Shown here: piece after piece, positions 42,021 through 54,070 of the stretch
How positions within the stretch are numbered: position 1 is the stretch's first letter
Layout: every line of letters starts with the position of its first letter
Assembly: GCA_021828105.1 (NCBI GenBank)
Contig: JAKATG010000028.1
Location: forward strand, 6,335 to 70,334
Length of the DNA: 64,000 nucleotides
Origin: Pseudomonadota bacterium
Lineage (GTDB): Bacteria; Pseudomonadota; Alphaproteobacteria; Rhizobiales; Aestuariivirgaceae
Reading direction: 5' to 3'
Position numbers and translations under genes: made by a program
Notes under the pieces: generated by a model
Databases searched by the model: none
What the model was told of the DNA's origin: nothing
What the model saw: the letters and a program-made list of their open reading frames with translations, nothing else

Positions 42021-43178
42021 ATGAACAAACGCCGGACAGGCGTGCTTGCGGCGATGCTTTGGCTGGTCGCGACGGCGGCGGGTGCGGAAACGCCAGGCGT
42101 CACGCCCGAGCGCATCCTGTTCGGGCAGTCGGCGGCGCTGGGGGGCCCGGCCGCCGATCTCGGAACCGAGATGCGGCGCGGCATTCTCGCCGCCTTTGCC
42201 GAAGTGAACCGGGCGGGTGGCGTCGGCGGCCGCCGTCTGGAGCTGCGTGCCTATGACGACCGCTACGAGCCGGAGCAGGCGATCGCCAACACGCTCAAGC
42301 TTATCAACAATGACGGTGTCTTCGCGCTCATCGGCGCCGTCGGTACATCGACATCGGCCGCGAGCGAGCCCATTGCCCGCGCCGCCGGGGTTCCGTTCAT
42401 CGCCCCCTTTTCCGGCGCCCAATTCCTGCGCGACCCGGCGCTGAGCGAGGTGGTGAATATCCGCGCATCCTATTTCCAGGAGACGGAGACGCTCGTCGAG
42501 CGGCTGATCAGCGAGCTTGGTATCTCGCGCATCGGCGTCCTCTATCAGGACGATACCTACGGCCGCAACGGTCTTGCCGGTGTGCGCCAGGCGCTCGAGC
42601 GGCGTGGCCTCGCGATGGTTGGCGCCGGCACCTACATGCGCAACTCGACCGCGGTCAAGACGGCGCTCCTCGGGCTCCGTCAGAAGAATCCGGAAGCGAT
42701 CATCATCATCGGCGCCTATCAGCCAAGCGCCGTCTTCACTCAATGGGCCCGCAAGCTCGGCATCAAGGCCCTGATCGGGAACGTCTCCTTCGTCGGCAGC
42801 GATGCGCTTGCCGCGGCGCTGGGCCCGGCCGGCGAGGGCGTCTACATCACGCAAGTCGTGCCGTTTCCGGAGGGCGACACGATACCGCTTCTGGCCGAAT
42901 ACCGAAAAGCGCTCACTGCCAATGACGCGAGGGCGGAACCATCCTTCGGTTCGCTGGAAGGCTACATCGCCGGCCGGCTGACGGCCAGTGTGCTCGCGCG
43001 GGCAGGAGACGTTCCGACGCGGGAGAGCTTTCTTGCAACGCTTGCCAATATCGGCACGTTCGACATCGGCGGGTTCAAGCTCCGCTACGGGCCGAGGGAC
43101 AACCAAGGCTCCGATCAGGTGTTCCTCACCATGATCCACGACGGCAAAATCATCTCGGTCGACCGGCTATCGCAATGA
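42021..43178 (+). CDS. Periplasmic ligand-binding protein (Leu-binding family)
   Basis: Signal peptide; FGQSAALGGPA, YDDRYEP, NIRASY. Confidence 0.87.
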   Translation: MNKRRTGVLAAMLWLVATAAGAETPGVTPERILFGQSAALGGPAADLGTEMRRGILAAFAEVNRAGGVGGRRLELRAYDDRYEPEQAIANTLKLINNDGVFALIGAVGTSTSAASEPIARAAGVPFIAPFSGAQFLRDPALSEVVNIRASYFQETETLVERLISELGISRIGVLYQDDTYGRNGLAGVRQALERRGLAMVGAGTYMRNSTAVKTALLGLRQKNPEAIIIIGAYQPSAVFTQWARKLGIKALIGNVSFVGSDALAAALGPAGEGVYITQVVPFPEGDTIPLLAEYRKALTANDARAEPSFGSLEGYIAGRLTASVLARAGDVPTRESFLATLANIGTFDIGGFKLRYGPRDNQGSDQVFLTMIHDGKIISVDRLSQ

Positions 43179-45298
43179 ACTCGCCCCCGTCCAGCACCGC
43201 GAGCCCACGGCGGCGGCCGCGGTTCGGCCTGTCCGTCAAACTCTATGCGGCGATTGCCGGTGCGGTGGCGCTCATCCTGGCGGCGAGCGTGGTCGCCTGG
43301 ATATCCTTCGTCGAGCTTGGGCACCTGCAGCGGCGCATCACGCGTGAGCATATTCCTTCGATCACCGACTCGCTCAGGCTCGCGCAGCAGAGCGCCCTGA
43401 TCGCCGCGACCGCGCCGGCGCTCGTCTCGGCCCCAAACGAGCTCGAACGGCGGCGGCTGATGAGCGCGGTCCGCGCCCATCAGGATGTGATCGTCGCGCT
43501 GATCGATGATCTCGAAAAGCAGAGCGCCAGTGCCACCGATCCCGGCAATCCGAGACAGCTCATCACCGGGATAAGGCAAGCGAGCGGCGAACTCGCGACG
43601 GCGCTTGATCGCTTGGACCAGTCGGTCGGGCGCCAGCTTGCGCTCAGAGCCGAGCTTGCCGAGCGCCGCGATCGGGCGGTCGAGCTGCATCGCCGCCTGA
43701 TCGAGAAGCTGACTCCGCTTCTGGACGATGCGACGATGTATCTGGTCACCGGATATCGCCAGCTCGACGATGCCGTACCGGTCGCGCCCGATATGCGTCT
43801 TTCGGATGCGGCGCTGCTCGACTACGCCGCAGTGGCGCAGCTTGGTGCCGAAGGCAACCTGATCGGTGGTCTTCTCGCGGAAGCGTCGAACGTCCCCGAC
43901 GCCAATCTCTTGCCGCCGCTGCGCGAGCGTTTCCAGGCGGCGGCGGATCGGTTTCGAACTGCGCTTGGCGTCGTCACGGGCAACGACGCGGAGGTGCTGC
44001 GCGTAATCGCCGACGGCCTAATTGGCCTCGGTGAAGGATCGAACGGCATTTTTGCGCCGCGTGAAGCCCTCCTGGTCGAATTGCAGACGGCTGAAGGTCT
44101 GACCAGCCAGGCGAGAGAGATCGCCGCACGGCTGACCGGCGATGTCGACCGGCTCGTCGCCGGTGTCGGCGATAGAACCGCGCAAGCGGTCACCGCCTCC
44201 AATCGCGCGATCGATATCGGCAGCACGCTGCTCCTGCTGCTCAATGGATTGAGCATCCTGGGCGCGCTGCTGATCGGCTGGGGCTATGTGGCGCGGCAGG
44301 TCACGGCACCGGTGGTGCGCATTACCGATGCCGCCGCCGCCTTCGAGGAACAACGCTTTGATCCCGAAAGCCTGGCCTCCGTGCGCAAGCGCACCGACGA
44401 GCTCGGCGAGCTCGCCCGCACCTTCACGCGCATGGCGGGCGAGGTCCAGACCCGCACCCAGACGCTCGACCGGCTGGTGGCCGAGCGCACCAGCGCGCTG
44501 GAGAGCGTCGCCAACCGCCTGGCCAAGTACCTGTCGCCCCAGATCTACAACTCGATCTTCTCGTCCAAGGGCGAGGCCGGGGGCAAGCTCGCGCGCAAGA
44601 ACCTCACGATCTTCTTCTCCGACATAGCGGGCTTCACCGACATCAGCGACGGCATGGAGCCCGAGCGGCTCTCCTTCTTCATCAACACCTATCTGAGCGA
44701 GATGTCGAAGATCGCCATCGAGCATGGCGGCACCATCGACAAGTTCATCGGCGATGCGATCCTGGTGTTCTTCGGGGATCCCGAGACCGAGGGCGACCGC
44801 AATGACGCGCTGCGCTGTGCCCGCATGGCGCTGCGCATGCGCGACCGGATGCTCGAGCTCGACAAGACCTGGCACGAGAACGGCATCTCGAAGCCGCTGC
44901 GCGCGCGCATGGGCATGACCACCGGCTATTGCACGGTGGGCAACTTCGGCTCGGAGCATCGCATCGAATATACCGTGCTCGGCAGCGCCGTAAACCTTGC
45001 CGCGCGGCTCGAGACCAGGGCCGAGGCCGGCACCATCCTGATCGCCGATTCAACCTGGCTCCTCATCAAGGATGCGGTCGATGCGACGCCCATGGGTGAG
45101 ATCACGCCCAAGGGCTTCGCCCGCCCGGTCGGCTGCTATCGCCTGAACGGCCTGACCGCCGCAGGCGTTGGGGACGCGGTCACGCTGGCCGGGCGCCATG
45201 TCTCGGTGAACGTCCCGCATCGGGGCCACATTCCTGAGGCGATCGAGGAGCTGCGCCGCATGCAGGAGGACCTGGCGCGGCGTTTGCCGGAGGCTTGA
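43175..45298 (+). CDS. Membrane class III adenylate/guanylate cyclase with large periplasmic sensor and HAMP
   Basis: Two TM segments; DELGELARTF HAMP; FSDIAGFT, DKFIGD, VNLAARLE. Confidence 0.9.
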   Translation: MNSPPSSTASPRRRPRFGLSVKLYAAIAGAVALILAASVVAWISFVELGHLQRRITREHIPSITDSLRLAQQSALIAATAPALVSAPNELERRRLMSAVRAHQDVIVALIDDLEKQSASATDPGNPRQLITGIRQASGELATALDRLDQSVGRQLALRAELAERRDRAVELHRRLIEKLTPLLDDATMYLVTGYRQLDDAVPVAPDMRLSDAALLDYAAVAQLGAEGNLIGGLLAEASNVPDANLLPPLRERFQAAADRFRTALGVVTGNDAEVLRVIADGLIGLGEGSNGIFAPREALLVELQTAEGLTSQAREIAARLTGDVDRLVAGVGDRTAQAVTASNRAIDIGSTLLLLLNGLSILGALLIGWGYVARQVTAPVVRITDAAAAFEEQRFDPESLASVRKRTDELGELARTFTRMAGEVQTRTQTLDRLVAERTSALESVANRLAKYLSPQIYNSIFSSKGEAGGKLARKNLTIFFSDIAGFTDISDGMEPERLSFFINTYLSEMSKIAIEHGGTIDKFIGDAILVFFGDPETEGDRNDALRCARMALRMRDRMLELDKTWHENGISKPLRARMGMTTGYCTVGNFGSEHRIEYTVLGSAVNLAARLETRAEAGTILIADSTWLLIKDAVDATPMGEITPKGFARPVGCYRLNGLTAAGVGDAVTLAGRHVSVNVPHRGHIPEAIEELRRMQEDLARRLPEA

Positions 45299-45409
45299 TC
45301 GGGCTGGTGATTGTCACAAGCCGCCCAGCGCACTCCGCGCGAGAATCCTGTATGGTGAGAACCCTAGGTAAACCTTGCAAGGGCGAAAGGGGCCTCAAAA
45401 GGCGGTACA

Positions 45410-46207
45410 ATGGCTCTCTGGACCGTTACGGACATAGATAATGTGGGAGGGGCGGACGGGAGCAGAACCGTTCGGGTCCAGCTTTCCAATGATTCTTCAG
45501 TCGTGAGCAAGGAGATGGCGGTCTCGGAGGCCATGGATCTCCGCCGTCAGGTTGAGAAATCGCTGAAGAGAGATCCCCTCGCGACCAGCATTCAAGTGAC
45601 GCTCGGTGGCGAGCTTTATGAGATCGACGGCGGCAGCGCGCAATCGTTCCTGGCAAGGCTGGCGCCGGACCGGCCTCGAATGTCCAACATGAGCATTCCT
45701 CCGATCCTTGCCATCGGCGTCATCGTCGCCTTGCTTGCCGGCTGGGGTGCCATATATCTGAAGTTCAGCAGTTCCCTCGACGCTGCCAATGTCGAGATGG
45801 TGAAGCTCGCGTCGCAGATCGTCCAACGCCCCAGAACCAATCCCGGTTTGCTGACCTGGGCGGTAGACAGGCTTGCGAAGGATGCGGAAATCGAGATTTC
45901 TCCAGAGCGACGCCAGGAGATGATCCAGGTTCTCACGACCTATCCCGACACCTCTTTCGAAACCATCGCCGAGATCTACGGCTCGGGGCTTCCGGAGCTC
46001 AATGGGCTTGTCGGGCGACTGGAGACTTATGATTTTTGGCATGGGAAAAAGAGCGCAGGCGGCGGTTCGGTTAATGAGACGCAGAAGTCGGACACTCAAC
46101 AACCTTCGGCCTCCCGTAAGGAAATCATTGATCGGCTCCCTGAAGAGCAGAGTGAAGAATCATCCGGTCAATCACAGACCGTGTACCCCAAGACGCCTGG
46201 CAGGTGA
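45410..46207 (+). CDS. Hypothetical protein with one central TM segment
   Basis: 265-aa ORF with hydrophobic ILAIGVIVALLAGWGAIYL; fills the gap before the tRNA. Confidence 0.65.
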   Translation: MALWTVTDIDNVGGADGSRTVRVQLSNDSSVVSKEMAVSEAMDLRRQVEKSLKRDPLATSIQVTLGGELYEIDGGSAQSFLARLAPDRPRMSNMSIPPILAIGVIVALLAGWGAIYLKFSSSLDAANVEMVKLASQIVQRPRTNPGLLTWAVDRLAKDAEIEISPERRQEMIQVLTTYPDTSFETIAEIYGSGLPELNGLVGRLETYDFWHGKKSAGGGSVNETQKSDTQQPSASRKEIIDRLPEEQSEESSGQSQTVYPKTPGR

Positions 46208-46301
46208 TCACCAAGCAGACCGATGAGGTCCCTTGTCCCGGGTGGGCTTGCACAACTGATTTCACGCGTCTATCTAGACGCTGGCCCTGCGCCCAGGCGC
46301 T

Positions 46302-46375
46302 TGGGGAATCGTCTAACGGTAGGACAGCGGACTCTGACTCCGCCAGTCTAGGTTCGAATCCTAGTTCCCCAGCCA
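46302..46375 (+). tRNA. tRNA-Gln(CUG)
   Basis: TGGGGAA/TTCCCCA acceptor stem, GCGGA-CTCTGAC-TCCGC anticodon arm, GGTTCGAATCC, encoded CCA. Confidence 0.96.
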
Positions 46376-46420
46376 ATCACTTTTCAGCAAATTAAAACAA
46401 ACGGTTAGGCAAAGCCGAAC

Positions 46421-48400
46421 CTACGCCCGGAACTGCTTGAGGATGCTGGCGAGGCTCGGCTGTGCGCCGGAGGTTCCGGCCTCCGCCGGCTGCGGGGGAA
46501 CCCCTGTGGGCACCTCGCCTTGCGGCAGAGGCGGCAGCGTGCGCCGGATGCGCGAGCCCAGGCCCTGGACATCGGGCGCCATGGGTGCGGGCGTGACGGG
46601 CATGCGCGGCGCTGCCGGCATGGGTTGGCGCTGCTGCTGCGCGGCTGGTCGGGCTGCGGCCGTGGGCTCGGGCGCATAGGCCGGCACCGGCTGCGGCTCG
46701 GCCTCGACATTGAAGGAGCCGAAGGATTGCTGGCGCCAGCGGGCGACCACGTCCTGGAGGAAGCTCTCATTCGGCAACTCGCGCGCCCAGCCCTCGGTGA
46801 AGGAGGCGGTGTTGCTCTTGGGCCAGGCATGCGAGGGCAGCATGTCGAACTTGACCCGCGTCGGCAGCGCCACACCTTCCCCGAAAGTGATGGCATCGCC
46901 AGTGCCCATGGTCGACATGAAGTCGAGGAGGCTGCGCGCCGCATCCGAGATGCCGGCCTTCAGGATCTCCTGGTCGCGCTCATTGGAGAGGCGGAAGGAG
47001 AAGATCGTGCTGCATTGGGAGAGGATGGTCGGATCGAGTTCGGCCGGGCGCTGGGTGACGAGGCAAAGCGACACGCCATATTTGCGACCTTCCTTGGCGA
47101 TGCGCGAGATCGCCCGCTTGGTCGGCTCGAAGCCGAGCGTCCGGTCGATCGGCACGTAGCGATGCGCCTCCTCGCATACGAGGGTGATCGGGATCTGGCC
47201 GCCGCTCCACAGGCCGAAATCGAAGGCGAGGCGCGCCAGCACCGAGACGACGACATTGATGATCTCGGACGGCAGGCCGCCGAGCTCGAGGATGGAGATG
47301 GGCTTGCCCTGAACCGGGATGCGGAAGATGCGCGACAGGGTCTGCGCCATCGTATCCTGGACGGTGAGGCTGCCGAACATGAACGCATAGCGCGGATCGC
47401 GCGAGATCGTCTCGACGCGCGCCTTCAGCCGTTTATAGGGCGCAAGCTCGCCTTTGAGGTCGAGCCGGCCGATCTGCTCTTCAAGCAGTGCGACGAGATC
47501 GGAGGCGCGATAGGGCACCGGCGTGTCGATGCCGACATTGGTCGATTCCGCCTGATCGCGCGTGCGCAGCACATGCGCCTTGTCCTTGCGCTGGTTGTAC
47601 ATGTAGCGCTGCTTGGCGAGCGGGATGAGCTCGCGCAGGATCTCGACGTCGGCCTCGCGATGCGCCTGGGTACCGATCAGGATCTCGACGATCTCCTCGA
47701 AATTGAGCAGCCAGAAGGGCAGCGTCATGTTTTCGGGCGTGATGACTTCCGACCATTCGTTGAACGACTGCTCATATTCGCGATGGACGTCGAGGAGAAC
47801 GATATGGGCCTGGGGGTTCTTCTCCAGGATGCGCCTCAAGATCAGCGCCACCGAGCAGGATTTGCCGGTGCCGGTGGTGCCGAGCACGGCGAAATGCTTG
47901 CCGAGTAGTTCATCGATCTTCACCATCGCGGGGATCGAGGCATCCTGCTGGATATGGCCGATGCGGATGGCGGTGTCGGCGTCGCAGGCATAGGCCTTGG
48001 ACAGCTCCTCCTTGCTCGCCCGGAACACGACATTGCCGAGGGAAGGATAGGTCGAGATGCCGCGCCGGAAGGATTTGGGCCGGCCCTCTCCGTCCTTCGG
48101 CAGCTCGCCGATGAATTCGACCTCGATGATCCGAAGCTCCTGGTCGCTCTGGGAATGCGACGGCATGGGCGAGCTCAAGGCCGAGACGAGGGCGAGTGTC
48201 ACCGCATTCGGCGTGTCGACCTTGAGGAGGGTGCCGATCTCCGGGCAGTTGCTGGAGGAATACTGGTCCTGGCCGTCCGCCGTATCCAGCAGGATGATGG
48301 CATGGCCGCCGGTCACCGCGACGATGCGCCCGATCCGCTCCACGCTTTCGATGGTGGAGGTCTTGGTTCTGACAGCCCCTGAAATATGCGCCGTTTGCAT
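46421..48400 (-). CDS. HerA/FtsK-like ATPase (DUF87/DUF853) with Pro/Ala-rich tail
   Basis: KHFAVLGTTGTGKS, DVHREY, CEEAHRY, KEGRKYG, TQRPAELD. Confidence 0.9.
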   Translation of the reverse strand: MQTAHISGAVRTKTSTIESVERIGRIVAVTGGHAIILLDTADGQDQYSSSNCPEIGTLLKVDTPNAVTLALVSALSSPMPSHSQSDQELRIIEVEFIGELPKDGEGRPKSFRRGISTYPSLGNVVFRASKEELSKAYACDADTAIRIGHIQQDASIPAMVKIDELLGKHFAVLGTTGTGKSCSVALILRRILEKNPQAHIVLLDVHREYEQSFNEWSEVITPENMTLPFWLLNFEEIVEILIGTQAHREADVEILRELIPLAKQRYMYNQRKDKAHVLRTRDQAESTNVGIDTPVPYRASDLVALLEEQIGRLDLKGELAPYKRLKARVETISRDPRYAFMFGSLTVQDTMAQTLSRIFRIPVQGKPISILELGGLPSEIINVVVSVLARLAFDFGLWSGGQIPITLVCEEAHRYVPIDRTLGFEPTKRAISRIAKEGRKYGVSLCLVTQRPAELDPTILSQCSTIFSFRLSNERDQEILKAGISDAARSLLDFMSTMGTGDAITFGEGVALPTRVKFDMLPSHAWPKSNTASFTEGWARELPNESFLQDVVARWRQQSFGSFNVEAEPQPVPAYAPEPTAAARPAAQQQRQPMPAAPRMPVTPAPMAPDVQGLGSRIRRTLPPLPQGEVPTGVPPQPAEAGTSGAQPSLASILKQFRA

Positions 48401-48417
48401 AGTGTCCTTCTCGCCGG

Positions 48418-49275
48418 TCAATGACGTTTCCGGACGTTTGGATGCTGGTTGGGGTCATGGACAGGAAGGAAGACGGTCACGCGTGTTCCCTTGCCCTTTT
48501 CTGAATCGATGGTGAGGCTGCCGCCATGGAGCTTGGCGAGCGCCGCCGAGATCGGCAGGCCGAGGCCGGTGCCCTCATGCTTCTTGTTGAAGCCGGCATC
48601 CACCTGTCCGAACGGGCGCATGGCGGTCTCGATGTCGGAGACCGTCATGCCGCCGCCATTGTCGCTGATGCTGAGGCGCACGAAGCCTTCGCTGGCGGGA
48701 GCGGCGTGGAAGCCGACCCGGCCTTTGGGCGGGGTGAATTTGACCGCATTGCCGAGGAGGTTGATGAGGATCTGCTTGATCCGCAACGGATCGGCATAGA
48801 GCTTCGGCATGGCGGGGTCGATCTCGCTCGCCACCATGATGTCCTTTTCCTTGGCCTTGGCCTCGATGATGAGGAGGCAGGATTCGACGACGGGCGAGAT
48901 ATCCATGGCCTCGCGTTCGATCACCATGGAGCCGGCCTGGATCTTGGTGACGTCGAGGATGCCGTTGATGAGGGCGAGAAGGTGGTCGGCCGCCTGCTTG
49001 ATATAGCCCGAATACTGGTTGACCCGGGCCGGTTCCGAGATGTTCAGCGTGCCGAGCATGTCGGAGAAGCCGATGATGGCGTTGAGCGGGGTCCTGAGCT
49101 CGTGGCTCATATTGGCGATGAATTCCGACTTGGCCTTGGAGGCGAGTTCCGCCTCGACCTTGGCGGCGTTGAGGGCTTGGGTCTGCTTCTGGCGGGTGAC
49201 GGCCTGGCCGAAATGGTCGGAATACTCTGCAATAAGCGAGTCATCCTTGAACCACCGGGGGCCAAAAGTACGCAT
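48418..49275 (-). CDS. Sensor-less histidine kinase (PleC/DivJ-like HisKA + HATPase)
   Basis: [34 protein letters not shown]. Confidence 0.9.
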   Translation of the reverse strand: MRTFGPRWFKDDSLIAEYSDHFGQAVTRQKQTQALNAAKVEAELASKAKSEFIANMSHELRTPLNAIIGFSDMLGTLNISEPARVNQYSGYIKQAADHLLALINGILDVTKIQAGSMVIEREAMDISPVVESCLLIIEAKAKEKDIMVASEIDPAMPKLYADPLRIKQILINLLGNAVKFTPPKGRVGFHAAPASEGFVRLSISDNGGGMTVSDIETAMRPFGQVDAGFNKKHEGTGLGLPISAALAKLHGGSLTIDSEKGKGTRVTVFLPVHDPNQHPNVRKRH

Positions 49276-49429
49276 GAACTGATTGCCTCTAAAGCTCGGA
49301 AAATAGGGGGCAAACGGATAATTTGGCGTTAACAAACAGTTGCGTTTTGTCGCTTTGTGGGCCGATCTTTGACTGGCCTGCCCAAGCTGTTAATGTCGCC
49401 CTCAACATAATGATTGCCGGCGACGGCGG

Positions 49430-50575
49430 TTGGGGGCGGAGATCGGCCTCCGGGAACCGCCTCGGCGCCGCGAAAGGTTTGCGAAAGTGGACGCCAGAAG
49501 CGGCGTGGGCGAGGCCCGCGCCCGGCGGCACGGGAACCCCAACGGGAGCGAGCGCCCCCGCAAGGGCGACCACGGTGCCCCGCCCAGACAAAGGCCCGAG
49601 ACCGGGGACGCCTTTTATGGCGCGCTCGATCTGGGCACGAATAATTGCCGGCTCCTGATCGCGGCACCCAGCCCCTCGGGCTTCACGGTGGTCGACGCCT
49701 TTTCGCGCATCGTGCGCCTGGGCGAGGGGCTCACCGCCGCCGGGCATCTGAGCGAGGCGGCGATGAAGCGCACCATCGATGCCTTGCGCATCTGTGCCAA
49801 CAAGCTCACCTGGCACCGGGTCGGGCGCCACCGCCTGGTCGCAACCGAGGCCTGCCGCATGGCGGCGAATGGCGATGAATTCATCGCCAGGGTCAAAGAG
49901 GAAGTGGGGCTCGAGCTCGAGATCATCGGCCGCGAGATGGAGGCGAAGCTCGCCGCCGTCGGCGCCGAGCCCTTGATCGAAGCGGGGGCTTCGAGCGCCC
50001 TCGTCTTCGACATCGGCGGCGGCTCGACCGAGCTCATGTGGCTCGAGCAGCGCCAGGACCGGCATGAGATCGTGACCTGGATCTCGCTCGCCGCTGGCGT
50101 CGTCACGGTGTCGGAGCGCTTCGGCGGGGTCGATGTCGACAAGGCCAAGTATCAGGCGATGCGCGACCACCTCAAGCCGCTCATCGTCGACTTCGCCCAG
50201 CGGGTGAGGAGCGGCACGGGTGGTGCGGCCATGCCGGCGCATCTCCTCGGCACGTCGGGAACGGTGACGACGATCGCCGGCGTGCAGCTCGGGCTGCGCC
50301 GCTACGACCGGGCCCGCGTCGATGGCTGCTGGCTGACCCAGGAGGCGATCGCCCAAGTGTGCGCGGAGCTCCTCGGGCTGAGCTATGGCGAGCGCATGGA
50401 CAATGCCTGCATCGGGCGCGACCGCGCCGATCTGGTGCTTGCCGGCTGCGCCATCCTCGAGGAGATCTGCGCCGCTTTCCCGGCGCCGCGCATCCGTGTC
50501 GCCGACCGGGGCCTGCGCGAAGGCATCCTGACCCTGATGATGAAGACCGACGGCACCTTCGGCAGGGCGCTATGA
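49430..50575 (+). CDS. ppx: Ppx/GppA family phosphatase
   Basis: [28 protein letters not shown]; start uncertain. Confidence 0.9.
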   Translation: MGAEIGLREPPRRRERFAKVDARSGVGEARARRHGNPNGSERPRKGDHGAPPRQRPETGDAFYGALDLGTNNCRLLIAAPSPSGFTVVDAFSRIVRLGEGLTAAGHLSEAAMKRTIDALRICANKLTWHRVGRHRLVATEACRMAANGDEFIARVKEEVGLELEIIGREMEAKLAAVGAEPLIEAGASSALVFDIGGGSTELMWLEQRQDRHEIVTWISLAAGVVTVSERFGGVDVDKAKYQAMRDHLKPLIVDFAQRVRSGTGGAAMPAHLLGTSGTVTTIAGVQLGLRRYDRARVDGCWLTQEAIAQVCAELLGLSYGERMDNACIGRDRADLVLAGCAILEEICAAFPAPRIRVADRGLREGILTLMMKTDGTFGRAL

Positions 50576-51267
50576 CCCGCCCAGGCGGCTCCTCGATCAA
50601 GAATGCAAGGCGGCTCAAGGTCCGGGTGAAGACCGGCAAGGGCCGCACCGTCTCGCAGAAGGCCTGGCTCGAGCGCCAGCTCAACGATCCCTATGTGGCG
50701 GAAGCGAAACGTCGGGGCTATCGTTCGCGCGCCGCCTTCAAGCTCACCGAGATCGACGACAAGTACCGGTTCCTCAAACCCGGCGGCCGCATCGTCGATC
50801 TCGGCGCAGCACCCGGCGGCTGGTCGCAAGTGGCGGTCGAGCGGGTGAAGGTGAAGGAGGGCAAGGGCCGCGTCATCGCCATCGACATGCATGGCATGGA
50901 CGGCATTGCCGGCGTCACCATCTTCCACAAGGATTTCCTCGACGACGATGCGCCGGCTCTCCTGATCGAGGCGCTGGGCGGCGAGAAGGCGGATGTGGTG
51001 ATGTCCGATATGGCGGCGCATGCGACGGGCCATCGCCAGACCGATCACCTGAAGATCATGGCGCTGGCGGAAGCGGCGTTCGATTTCGCCAAGGACGTGC
51101 TGAAGCCGGGCGGCGCTTTCCTGGCCAAGGTGCTGCGCGGCGGCACCGAGGGCGAGATGCTGAAGGTGATGAAGCAGCATTTCGAGACGGTCAGGCACGT
51201 GAAGCCGAAAGCGAGCCGCGAGGATTCGGCCGAGCTCTTCGTCCTGGCGCTGGGCTTCAGGGGGTAG
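50572..51267 (+). CDS. rlmE: 23S rRNA Um2552 methyltransferase
   Basis: [25 protein letters not shown]. Confidence 0.95.
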   Translation: MTRPGGSSIKNARRLKVRVKTGKGRTVSQKAWLERQLNDPYVAEAKRRGYRSRAAFKLTEIDDKYRFLKPGGRIVDLGAAPGGWSQVAVERVKVKEGKGRVIAIDMHGMDGIAGVTIFHKDFLDDDAPALLIEALGGEKADVVMSDMAAHATGHRQTDHLKIMALAEAAFDFAKDVLKPGGAFLAKVLRGGTEGEMLKVMKQHFETVRHVKPKASREDSAELFVLALGFRG

Positions 51268-51272
51268 GTAGA

Positions 51273-51555
51273 CACCCTCGCCCCGCAAGCGACCTTGCTC
51301 CGCCGAAGCGAAGCCACCTTGCTCCACCGAAGCGAAATCTCGGCTTCGCGAAGGCGAGAGCGCGGCGGGGAGAGGGAAGGGGCCCGTCGCGAAGCGACGG
51401 GAAGGGTGAGGGGCATCTTTGCAAAACGAGATCACGCATGCTCGCACTATTCGTGCTGTGTTGGGACTCATCTCGCCAAGAACGAAGAAGCCCCTCACCC
51501 TCCCATTGCTGCGCAATGGGGCCCTCCCTCTCCCCGCTAAAGCGCGGCGAGGGTG
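51273..51555. repeat. Composite palindromic REP/RIME-like element, copy 2 (with inserts)
   Basis: Same arms as 8343-8495 with a different central filler and an internal 24-bp-period duplication. Confidence 0.9.
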
Positions 51556-51588
51556 AGTTCAGCGTCGAATTCTGTTTCCTTAAAAAAT

Positions 51589-51617
51589 GAAAGCGGGGCC
51601 ATCACGGCCCCGCTTTC
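51589..51617 (-). terminator. Rho-independent terminator of BA14K gene
   Basis: GAAAGCGGGGCC-ATCAC-GGCCCCGCTTTC with an adjacent A-run. Confidence 0.75.
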
Positions 51618-51635
51618 GCAAAACCGCGACTGCCG

Positions 51636-52130
51636 TCAGTAGCGGTACGGGCTTCTGCAGCGATGGCGATAGCCATCGTAACCGATGAAGGTGTTGGAGC
51701 GGGCGCTATAGGTGCGATAGTGATTGTAACACCAGCGCACATGGGCGCTGCCGCCGCCCGAGTAATAGGTCCGGTAATAGGGCCGGTAGTACGAGCCGTA
51801 ATAGGGATAGGAACCGTAACCGTACCCGTAAGGGTACCCATAGCCGCCATAGGGGTAACCGTATCCGCCAAAGAACGGAAAGAAACCGATCCCCAGATTC
51901 ACTCCGGAGTGGCGGTAACGGTGGCCCCCGCGCCAGTAACGGTATTTTTTGCCTCCGCCCCAGTATTTGCGGTGTTTCACTTGTTGGATGTTTCCATCCT
52001 GCTTCGCGGTCATGGCGGCGGGCGCGCCGCTTCCGGTCATTATACTCGTCGCCTGAGCACCGCCGAAGCTGAGCAGGCCGGCCACCAGCGCAGCCGCTGC
52101 CATAGCAAAGGGCTTGTATCTCATGTCCAT
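51636..52130 (-). CDS. BA14K family protein
   Basis: Signal peptide, G/Y/P-rich linker, AHVRWCYNHYRTY...FIGYDGYRHRC. Confidence 0.9.
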   Translation of the reverse strand: MDMRYKPFAMAAAALVAGLLSFGGAQATSIMTGSGAPAAMTAKQDGNIQQVKHRKYWGGGKKYRYWRGGHRYRHSGVNLGIGFFPFFGGYGYPYGGYGYPYGYGYGSYPYYGSYYRPYYRTYYSGGGSAHVRWCYNHYRTYSARSNTFIGYDGYRHRCRSPYRY

Positions 52131-52408
52131 AACTCCTTCGCCGCCGTGGCGATCTCACGCACAATGCGCTTCGCCAGGCTTTCGTTCCGTCAGGTGGTTC
52201 ACGAACATCCGATCGCCGAGCCGGTTTCGCCCACCCGGCCGTGATGCCCCCGGATCTGCGGACATATATATAGACGAAGACCGGGGTTAATTCCGTCGCG
52301 GTGGTCAGCGGAACTGAAGAATGACAACATAAACAAGGGGATAGTGTCAGCCGCTTTGCCGCTTGCTCCGGGGCGCGGCCGGGTGTTATGAGCCCTCGCC
52401 AACCCTGA

Positions 52409-53923
<1,515 letters not shown>

Positions 53924-53941
53924 TGGAAACATCCATCAACC

Positions 53942-54040
53942 GTCACCCCGGCGAAAGCCGGGGTCCATTAAATTCGTGGCATCGGGCAGTGCTGCCCGGA
54001 TTGCACCTATTCAGGGGATCCCGGCTTTCGCCGGGATGAC
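53942..54040. repeat. REP pair (GTCAYCCCGGCGAAAGCCGGG type) in inverted orientation
   Basis: GTCACCCCGGCGAAAGCCGGGGTCC ... GGATCCCGGCTTTCGCCGGGATGAC. Confidence 0.85.
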
Positions 54041-54070
54041 GAATTATGGGATTCGACGGCTGCGCCAATC

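Noticed and set aside
45410-46420. tRNA-anchored integrative element
   Set aside because: No integrase and no duplicated tRNA 3' end seen in the window.
51740-51870. Short tandem repeats in the BA14K gene
   Set aside because: Explained by the Gly/Tyr/Pro-rich coding linker.
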